Source of the DNA: Podospora anserina
Taxonomy: Eukaryota
NCBI GenBank assembly: GCA_017654855.1
Contig: CM030334.1
Span: 4,092,001-4,127,574 of the forward strand
DNA length: 35,574 bases
Direction: 5' to 3'
In this document: positions 23,740-32,420 of the stretch, piece after piece
How positions within the stretch are numbered: the stretch's first letter is position 1
Layout of the letters: every line of letters begins with the position of its first letter
Notes under the pieces: model-generated
Databases searched by the model: none
What the model saw: only the letters and a program-made list of their open reading frames with translations
What the model was told of the DNA's origin: nothing
Translations under genes and position numbers: made by a program

Positions 23740-25614
23740 ATGGAACTCTCAAGCACCGTTGTCGCCGACGTTCTGACCCCTCTGGCAGTCTACCAACTGC
23801 AGAAGCCAGTTGAAGAACACGCTAAATCACCAGAGAATAAAGATACCGCTAGAGGCCAAAACCTAGCTTGGAACCGAGACGACTTGATTCGCAGTCTTAC
23901 GCCCTCAGTCGACCCAAAATGGAGAATCGATGGAGTTGATACCGACGGCAGACGCTTCTTCGCCTTGCCGCTATTTGCCATAGACAAGCAGCCAGTCCGA
24001 ATCGATGTTTGGCTCCCACCTTTTGAGGAGTACCCCCTCGAACTTCGAAGCATCTTGAAACCCGATGAGGCCATGTACACCCCCAGAGACCAACTTCTTT
24101 CGCTTCCCATCTCAAAGTTTCTGCTCAAGACTCTCGAAGAGTGGTCACCTACCGTACCGGGCTTTGAGCGAGACTATCTGGCGGCTCCTTTTGGCTCTCG
24201 CATCATCATCGCTGACATGGCCGCCTCCACCCGAGACATGACTATTTACCTGCTGCCTGATTACGACATTGAGCAGAACATGTGCAGCGTCGACCAGCTC
24301 AAGAAGGCCTGGTGTAACAAGGTGAACGAGGAGGACTGGCCCCCTACCATCGATGTGAGTGAGCTCAGCTTCAAGAAGCAGATTCACGAAGCAATCAGTC
24401 TTGTCACCTTGCCAGGACAATTGGGCGACCGGGTAGTTGCGCTCAAATCGTTGCTGAGAGACCAGCGATACATGTACAACGAGATCAAGACCCTTCTGTC
24501 ACTCCGACCTCATGCCAACTTGGTGCCAAGGCCGCTTTTTCTCGTGACGAAGAAGGCAAAGTTTGGCGGCAAGAGGGGGGTTGCAGGCTTCGTGATGGAG
24601 TATTTTGAGGGCGGATCCCTCAAGGACTTGCTGCTTAGGAACAAGGCTGAGGGAACCGAGTTGGACATGCGCCAAAAACTCCGGTTTGCGAGGCAGTTGA
24701 CAGAGGTCTTGATTCATGTCAATCAGCACCGATTCGGGTTCTATCCGGATTTGAAGCCGGACAATCTCGTCATTCGCTCCGACGGGAAGACAAAAGAGGT
24801 CATGGACCTGGTGTTGCTGGATTTGGAACAGCGAGGGGGTTGGTTTTCGTGGAGCCCCCCTGAGGTGCTGTACGTTGAGTATATGGAGATTCTTGCCACA
24901 TGGCTTGACTATGAACACGGTCAACAGAAGCAACGCGCTACCGAGAGGTTGCAGAACTGCCTTGGTAGCTGGGAGGCCACTACCCAGTCGACGAGGTACA
25001 AGGACCAGGATGGTGGGTTTAGCTTTGCTTGGAAGGCCCTGTTGCAGGAAAGGCTGGAGACAAACAGCAAGAGGTTGGAAAGAGCACAAGTGTTTATGCT
25101 GGGGAAATTGTTGTGGTGTCTGTTCGAAGGTGAGGCGAGACTGAGGTGTGGCATTGACCACGAAATTCTCCAGGAAAATGATGCACAAGATGCCATTGGG
25201 TTTCCGCACTTCGACAACACACCCAAACATGTGCAGGACATGATCAGGGAATGCACAAGGGGGGCCCCAGAATGGGAGGTCGATGAGAAGAGAGGACGGA
25301 AGACTGGGTTGACCCTGAAGGGTGGTAAGTTGGTACAGACCAAAAGCATCAGTGTCGATGAAGTCACAGATACTGCGACAAGAAAAATCGCTAGAGCTTT
25401 CTGGGAACGAGAGCTGGAGCAAGCCAATGCTTTCATGGATGAGTTGCTCTCGTGCGAGCGACCGGGTATCGATGCGACAGGCTGCATCCTCCCCGAGGCA
25501 AAACGTCGGCCACTGCTTTCAGACATACTTTCGAGGTTGGTCGAGTTTGAGGAATGTGTTTGTGACGAGTTATTTGCTTTTGAGCTGGAGCGAGTGGGGC
25601 AGATTCAGAGGTAA
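23740..25614 (+). CDS. Atypical protein-kinase-like protein
   Basis: Single 624-aa ORF with VALKSL...NEI, HANLV, FVMEYFEGGSL, catalytic loop YPDLKPDN, DLE in place of DFG, PPE and VFMLGKLLW. Confidence 0.82.
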   Translation: MELSSTVVADVLTPLAVYQLQKPVEEHAKSPENKDTARGQNLAWNRDDLIRSLTPSVDPKWRIDGVDTDGRRFFALPLFAIDKQPVRIDVWLPPFEEYPLELRSILKPDEAMYTPRDQLLSLPISKFLLKTLEEWSPTVPGFERDYLAAPFGSRIIIADMAASTRDMTIYLLPDYDIEQNMCSVDQLKKAWCNKVNEEDWPPTIDVSELSFKKQIHEAISLVTLPGQLGDRVVALKSLLRDQRYMYNEIKTLLSLRPHANLVPRPLFLVTKKAKFGGKRGVAGFVMEYFEGGSLKDLLLRNKAEGTELDMRQKLRFARQLTEVLIHVNQHRFGFYPDLKPDNLVIRSDGKTKEVMDLVLLDLEQRGGWFSWSPPEVLYVEYMEILATWLDYEHGQQKQRATERLQNCLGSWEATTQSTRYKDQDGGFSFAWKALLQERLETNSKRLERAQVFMLGKLLWCLFEGEARLRCGIDHEILQENDAQDAIGFPHFDNTPKHVQDMIRECTRGAPEWEVDEKRGRKTGLTLKGGKLVQTKSISVDEVTDTATRKIARAFWERELEQANAFMDELLSCERPGIDATGCILPEAKRRPLLSDILSRLVEFEECVCDELFAFELERVGQIQR

Positions 25615-25785
25615 AGGGGTTTTCAGATTGGTGTAAGCCAGCGCAGGATTAGGTATTTCTTGAGTTCAACTCGGCTAAATATAGTTTTGCCTGCAGTATC
25701 ATAAACAATCACTCGGCAATTTGCGACGTGCCATTCTATCTTGATGCTTGATTACGAAGGTTTATCTAATGGCTTCCCATCGTGA

Positions 25786-27406
25786 TTAATTACCCCAGTA
25801 GACGCTGGTCACGTTCGCCGCCCAAGCTTGCCCTGGAGCTGTAGCACATCGAGTTCTCCCCGATGTTGTTAAGCAAGTCAAGCTAGGAACCGTTGTCCTG
25901 AGATCGCCCGTAAAGGAAATCCTGCCTTTGGTCAGCATCAATCTTGTAAACAAGCGCATCAAGACACTCACGGTCGACTAGCGTCCAGGTCACTACACTT
26001 CCAATCCGCACTGAGGGATAGACTCTGCGTGGCGGCATCATACCGGAACGCACAAGCCGTGGGTGTTAGACTCTGCTCTCCAACACTCTCCAAAACACAA
26101 GGATACCATGCGGTTGACCCGCCCTCTGTGACAGACACCGAAACGCCGGATCTGAAAAAAGTAGACGGGTAGCCCGTGAACGCGGCTCCAGTGTTGAGCT
26201 CAATGCCGAACCTGATGCTTCCCAGGTTCGATCCGGACGCTACTATTGTTTCAAAGTCGGAGAATCTATACGATGGAGCGACAACTGATGAGATTGTGCA
26301 ACTTGGGGCTGTGGGGAGAGGGTCACCAAGAGAAAATGGCGGGATTGGCTTTTCAGAAATCAGGCGGCCGGTAAACGTGGCTGGGTCACCAGCGCAATAG
26401 GTTGTCGTCTCTCCGACAGCGGAACATTCGAGTGGGAGCCGGGCAGTGCCAACACCAAAGATCTCAATGCTGTACGAAGCGTCAGCAAAGTTCAACACTC
26501 ACACAGAGGAAAGCTTACGGCTGGGCAGGGTTCGCGTCATCACAGAACCACGTCTCGTTGACTGACAGGACAAAGGAGCCAGGACTAAATGTGAGGACAG
26601 TGTTGATGTTGTATTTTGGCGCTCTGGGCCGTCCAGTAGACTGAGCTGAACACTGCATAGTCGCAGGGGCGGTGCCGGTTAATGTCCCGAAGCAAGATGC
26701 ACGGTAGTCGGTGATGGTATTTCTCAGTTGGATGAAGGCGTTTCCTCCTTCAATCCTTCCGGAGACGTTCCGGAGATTCAGCTGAGTGGAAAAGACCTCC
26801 CACGACGGTGTTCGTGACCCGGCTGCGCAACCCTCCTTGTCGTGACCAGAAGGCCCAGGAACTGCTGATGGGCTCAGCGGGAAGGGGGAGCTGAGGACAG
26901 ACTTGATCAAGAGGGGATCGGTGGACGAGGGGGCGCAAGCGTCGGTATTGCAGGTAATTGGCAGGGAACCCTCTCCTTGGGCAGCAAAGTTGAGCCTATA
27001 CAACAACAGTGTCAGGACTGATCAGAAATACCAAGTGAGAGATGACGAACGGTCTTGACGGAGTAAGATCATTGCACACCCATGTCTCGTTTATTCGCAC
27101 TCGAGCTACGGCCGCCTCCAGCTGCACCGAAGCAAGCAAAGGAGAGCTGTCACTAGTGCAAGCTTGCCATGTTGACGTGTTTCTTGAAACCTGACAACTC
27201 AGTTGAGCTGATGTGTTGGTGGCTCGGTTGAGTGTCTGAAATCGCACAGTCGTTCCGCTGGATTCGAAATCTTCAATGAGCCAACTGGAGACTGTGAACG
27301 AGTTTGTCGTGCAGCCAGCGGTGAGTTGAGCAATGGCCAGAATATTTGGGATTGCTGGTGACAAGAGAGCGGCTAGGGTCGCAATGAAGACGATGGACGG
27401 CGCCAT
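25786..27406 (-). CDS. Secreted Cys-containing protein made of three tandem homologous domains (Alt a 1/AA1-like resemblance, tentative); introns 26996-27050, 26470-26518, 25922-25971
   Basis: Signal peptide MAPSIVFIATLAALLSPA. Repeats run C....(P/S)SW/Y...DF through NETWVCND..SRP, NETWFCDD..AQP and SADWKCSD..SRP. Three canonical introns join four ORF pieces in frame. Confidence 0.8.
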
Positions 27407-28429
27407 CTTGATGTACGGGCGGTTTGCACCGACGTTCCAGAGTCCAAGCTAGACAGCTCTGTTTACATCACAAACATGCTGGGAGTTCCGGTCATTTTAT
27501 TATCTGCGTTGGAGAAGTGATATCTGGACCCCGCAGTTCTGGCCAAGGGTGGCGTTTATTGGGTTTAGATGAATATATTCCGGCTCAATCACCGTACCTG
27601 ACGACAAGACCGGTAAATGACATGACGGCTGATATGCACACGCGAGAAGCGCTGTACAACCCGGATATTGGAAGATGTCGTCTCGGCTCAACAGCCTCAG
27701 CCGCCTTTCCACGTGGGATGAAATTACTTATATGTAGAACATGGAGGGATAATATCCTGGTTTTGATGACCCGGCTGCGGAGGACCAAGGCCTGGATTCA
27801 TGTTGCAGGAGGATTGTGATGGTAACGCCAAGATACAGCTGTGATCAATATTTAGATTCCCCCCAAAACCCAAGGCTACCTAATTGACAGCTCCACCATA
27901 TGTTGCTGCTGCAGGCCTCAAGTATCGGTTGTCTGCGATGGGGTTCAGCGGTAATATCGACGGCGGCGGAACGAAGGCCGCAGTCCTCCACAAGCACGGG
28001 CCACCCATCCTTTTAGGATTTGGCTGTACATTGATTTTGGCTAGTCTCAAACAGCCCGAAGCAATACGTTCAGATAACGCCTTCGACCACCGAGATACTG
28101 CGCATTCCGGAATTAAGATAGGTCTCATATACCTCCATCCCGTAATCAATTCCCAAGTTATTTCCTCACACTCTAGGTCCTAGGTAAACTCAATACACTG
28201 TTATAGTGGAAGGGAAGTGACAGGGCCAAACCCTCCGCAATGAAACTCAGTCAATTAGAATGTCGTCTTTGCTTTCTACATAAGAAAGACTCGACACCGA
28301 CGCCGAGGCAATGTCTTTTCTGCCTACAGTACCTTAGTTAACCTAAATAAAGTTACCCGTCCATTATTACTCCCTTGCTAGGCATGTCTTCGCCGCAGAG
28401 ACACCTATATTCCGCCAGACGCGTGTCAT

Positions 28430-29317
28430 TCAACCGCTGGTTATTGACACTTGTGGCGTTTGCTTAAACTTGAATGCACCCTCGACAACCCTCTTGTGGT
28501 AGTAGTCTGTGTAGCTGGTCCCATTCGGAGCGTAATGGCGATATGAAAAGGCATGCCACATCTCCCCCGCAGCGGCAAGCGCCTCCACCATGTAAAACCA
28601 CCATTCCATGGTGGGAGATAGTTGGCCTCCTTGAGATCGAATGTACTCTTCCTTGAGCTGCTGGTACCTTTGACCCTCCTCGATTGCCTTCGACCTCAGG
28701 ACTTCTTTGGCCTCCTCGATAGACATTCCGTTCCACTTCTGGAGCAGGACAATCGCATTGACCAGCCTTGCGCCATTTGTTTGATGCGCAAGCAACTCTT
28801 TCTCCCAACAGAGGATATTATTACCCTAAACGCTCTCAACCTTCAGTGGCTTAAACACTTGGTTGATAGACTTTCTTTCTTCCGCCGAAATGTGAATACC
28901 ACTTCCGAAAATGGTACATTTAAACATGAAACTGATTCAACGTCAGCACCCCAAAACTGCTTACTACTGCGCCCGGAATTCTTACTTCCATTCAAGGTCG
29001 CGTATACGCTCCAGGGCATATGGTTCGAGAGTTTGATAGGTATTAAAATGACTCCATACCGCAGTTTCCGCCTTTATCTAAGAGTTGAACAAAGAGATCA
29101 CCACAGGTCCCTGAACCGGATCGAGCTCGGTTAGGCGAGTAGTAACCTTGGAGAAAGCCACTTTCAACTTAGCGCTTATTTCCTCGCGATCGCCAAGGAC
29201 ACGACGGCCTTCGATGTTATTATACTCGCTGTCGAACTACGAAAGATTGGTACCCCCGTACAAAGCTAACAACACTGGACTATACCTCGCTAGCGGGAGG
29301 AAGCTCGCAATCTGGAC
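28430..29317 (-). pseudogene. Class I terpene cyclase-like pseudogene (RIP-type stops, 5' part missing)
   Basis: Minus-strand translation: YQTLEPYALERIRD...FGSGIHISAEE...V*GNNILCWEKE (degenerate NDxxSxxKE/NSE motif)...NAIVLLQKWNGMSIEEAKEVL...WHAFSYRHY. In-frame TAGs at 29078-29080 and 28826-28828. Introns at 28932-28985 and 29237-29285. Confidence 0.8.
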
Positions 29318-29320
29318 CTA

Positions 29321-29397
29321 ATCAGTTATTCTCCGATGGATTGTAGTACAATCCGTGGAGAAGCGCACCAAAAAAACGCCCCACTTTAGAAACAGGG
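29321..29397. repeat. ~78-bp hairpin-containing repeat, copy 1 (possible transposon terminus)
   Basis: Near-identical to 31068-31146, differing mostly by transitions. Contains the stem-loop ctccgatggattgta-g-tacaatccgtggag. Confidence 0.75.
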
Positions 29398-29632
29398 TGT
29401 CACGGCGGTTGCACCGTGACCGTCGTTGATCCAGTGATGTAGCTTGGCACGTGCAGAGCACGGGCCAATGCGACTTGAATGACTTCCCATCTCGCTGCCG
29501 CGAGACCTGTTTGTAGCTCTTTGAGCTACGTCTTGACAATAGAGCCTGCCCGTACCCGACGGAATAGAGCCCAGACTGTAGCATAGCCGAATATTACTAT
29601 CATTATTCTGTCTACCTGTCCAGCCCGTGACA
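29398..29632. mobile_element. Putative solo LTR (235 bp)
   Basis: Bounded by the 8-bp inverted termini TGTCACGG...CCGTGACA (TG...CA rule). It is GC-balanced and sits next to very AT-rich DNA. Confidence 0.7.
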
Positions 29633-29810
29633 AATAATATATAATAATATATAATAATATATAATAATATATAATAAATATAAAATTAAATAAAAATCTA
29701 TTAATAATATATATAAATAAAAAAATATAGTTTATTTATAAAATAAATATATTATATTAATTTATAGTACAGTTTATTTATAAAATAATATATTATATTA
29801 ATTTAGGGTA
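29633..29810. repeat. Extremely AT-rich low-complexity tract: (ATAATAATAT)n plus a ~37-bp direct duplication
   Basis: ataataatat units at about 29633-29678; agtttattttataaaata(a)atatattatattaattta occurs twice (~29729 and ~29771). Confidence 0.85.
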
Positions 29811-29822
29811 CGGTTATAGGCC

Positions 29823-30188
29823 TATTGAAATAGTGAGAAAATATACAAAATAACCACAATACTATAAATATACCCTCAATAGGTCTCAGAATGAATATAC
29901 TTACGTGATAGTAACTCGCTAGCAGGCCGCACTTTACGTAAGACAAAGAAAAGATACTATAGGCTCGCAGGCTAGATAATAAGCACCGGATTAGCTTAAT
30001 CAGAGGGCTAGAATTGCCTGCACGCGTGTAAGGTACAAAATACGAAGAAAAATAAAAGTCGATATCCTATCTTAAATAGAATGCCCGAAGCAAATTACTT
30101 ATATATATAGCCCCCCTAAACCTCTGAGCCCTTTAAGCGCCCCGCTTTTTTATTTATACTTTTAGGCCTGTGGCCGTACCCCAAACCA
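29823..30188 (-). mobile_element. RIP-mutated LTR-like repeat (~365 bp), copy 1
   Basis: Direct repeat of 32055-32420, with differences dominated by C/T and G/A. Termini T(G>A)TTGAAAT...AAACCA. A TATATAAG box on the minus strand suggests the orientation. Confidence 0.72.
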
Positions 30189-31071
30189 CTATATATAGAC
30201 CTCTCTTCTCTCTTATAAAATAGTTCCTTTCTTTCTTTCTTTAAGGGCTAAAGTTTAAGGCTAAAGCTAAAAGCCAAAGCTAAAAGTAATAAAGGTGTTA
30301 GCTGGTAAGCCCTGATAGGCCTATAATATAGAACCTATACAGGGTTGCTGTAAAATATAGTAGTGCGTAAGCGGAAGCGGGAGGATACGACAGCAGTGCC
30401 GAAGGAAGGTAAAGTACTGTAATATAGTGAGGTATAAGGAATAAGAATTGCTTTTATTACCTTTGGCCTTAGCCTTTGGCCTTAGCCTTAAGCTTTTACC
30501 CTTAAGGAAAGAAAGAGAATTATTCTATAGGAGAGAGGAGAGGTCTATATATAGGCCTTCGTAAGCCTACTGTAGGTCCTGTAGGCCCTGGAAGCCCCTA
30601 TACCACTTTGGGGTATTTAGTGGGCTTAGGTGGGTCTAGTATAGACTCACGGAAATCTATAGAACCTTCGGCAGTAGAGGTGCCTTATAAATTATGCTAT
30701 TGTGGCGACTTACTACGTAAGCCTGTAGCTACTTTGGAAGGTTCTAGTATCCATTAACTAAGCTTTAGGCTATAGTAGCCCTGTAAGCCTTTAAGGGTCC
30801 CTTGTAAAGAATATTCTAAAGGGATCTAAGCCGGGAAGTTCTATTACTGTTTATAGTAGTACTGCCCACTGTAATATTAATCTGTAGGGCAGTAAGTAGG
30901 GCACTTAGTAGTACTTATATATTAATAAAAGGTAATTCTTATTCCTTATACCTTACTATATTATAGTACTTTACTTTCCTTCGGCACTGCCGTCGTATCC
31001 TCCCGCTTCCGCTTGCGTACTACTGTATTTTATAATAACCCTATATAGATTCTATATTATAGGCCTATTAG
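30189..31071. repeat. RIP-degenerate segment with two interlocked inverted-repeat pairs (A 30189-30294 / A' 30453-30554; B 30312-30459 / B' 30923-31071)
   Basis: Reverse-complement alignment by eye, e.g. ctatatatagacctctc vs gagaggtctatatatag, and aagcggaagcgggaggatacgac vs gtcgtatcctcccgcttccgctt. Confidence 0.88.
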
Positions 31072-31146
31072 TTATTCTCCGATGGATTGTAGTATAATCT
31101 ATTGAGAAACGTACTAAAAAAAACGCCCCACTTTGGAAATAGGGGG
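31068..31146. repeat. ~78-bp hairpin-containing repeat, copy 2
   Basis: gttattctccgatggattgtagtataatc...aaaaaaacgccccactttggaaataggggg matches 29321-29397. Confidence 0.75.
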
Positions 31147-31148
31147 TA

Positions 31149-32054
31149 GGATCCGTTAAGAATTTAGTTATACGATCCGATAAAATTTTTTTTACTAAAA
31201 TAAAAAAGAAAAATATTATTAGAATTATCTAAACGAGTTACATAGAATAATATAGGATATATTATTGTACGAGCGGTATAGAATAATAAATAATAAATAT
31301 AAAGTTAGGTGTAAGTATATTAGTAATATACGTAAATAGTAAAGTAAGTAAGATTCGTTAAGAATTTATTTATACGATCCGAAAAGATTTTTCTAACTAA
31401 AATAAAAAAGGGGGATATTATTAAAATCGTTTAAACGAGTTATATAAAATAATATAGGATATATTATTATATGACTAGTGTAAAATAGTAAATAATAAAT
31501 ATAAAGTTAAATATAAGTATATTAGTAATATACGTAAATAGTAAAGTAAGTAGGATCCGTTAAGAATTTATTTATATAATCCGATAAAATTTTTCCAACT
31601 AAAATAAAAAAGGAGGATATTATTAGAATCGTTTAAACGAGTTATATAAAATAGTATAGGATATATTATTATACGAGCGATATAGAATTATAAATAGTAA
31701 ATATAAAGTTAAGTATAAATATATTAATAATATACGTAAATAGTAAGGTAAGTACGATCCGTTAAGAATTTAATTATACGATCCGATAAAATTTTCTTTA
31801 TTAAAATAAAAAAGAAAAATATTATTAAAATCGTTTAAACGAGTTATATAGAATAGTATAGGGTATACTATTATACGAGTAGCGTAGAATTATAAATAAT
31901 AGATATAAAGTTAAGTATAAAGTTAGGTATATGTAAATTAATAATACGCGTGGAAAATATAGTTAAGTTAGGTAATAGAATAGTAAATTAATTATACGAT
32001 CCGATAGGATTTTTTTTTTAAAGTAAAAAATAAAGATATTATTAAAATTATTTA
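31149..32054. repeat. AT-rich subtelomeric tandem repeat, ~202-bp unit, ~4.5 copies
   Basis: Unit starts (gatccgttaagaattt) recur at about 31149, 31351, 31553 and 31755, with a partial fifth unit at ~31985-32054. Confidence 0.92.
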
Positions 32055-32420
32055 TATTGAAATGGTGAGAAAACACATAAAACAACTATAATACCACAAA
32101 TATACCTTTAATAGGTCTCAGAATAAACACACCTGCGTGATAGTGACTCGCTCGCAGGCCGCACTTCACGTAGGACAAAAAAAAGACACTATGGGCTTGC
32201 AGGCCACATAATAAGCACCGGATTAGCCTGATCAGAGGGCCAGAATTGCCTGCACGCGTGCAAGGCACAAAATACGAAGAAAAGAATAAAAGTCGATGTC
32301 CTGTCTAAAATAGAATGTCCGAAGCAGACCGCTTATATACATGACCCCTAAACCCCTAAGTCCTTTGAGAGCCCCGCTTCTTTACTTATACTTTTAGGCC
32401 TGTGGCCGCACCCTAAACTA
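32055..32420 (-). mobile_element. RIP-mutated LTR-like repeat (~365 bp), copy 2
   Basis: Direct repeat of 29823-30188, retaining more CpA/TpG sites. Confidence 0.72.

Noticed and set aside
28622..29134. 170-aa plus-strand ORF
   Set aside because: Antisense to the terpene cyclase pseudogene, which has the recognisable motifs and introns.
29802..29808. Single internal TTAGGG-like hexamer as a former telomere
   Set aside because: One unit is expected by chance in RIP-mutated AT-rich DNA.
30555..30922. Possible telomere-linked RecQ helicase or transposase relic
   Set aside because: The frames I translated gave no helicase or transposase motif; left as unidentified RIP-degenerate DNA.
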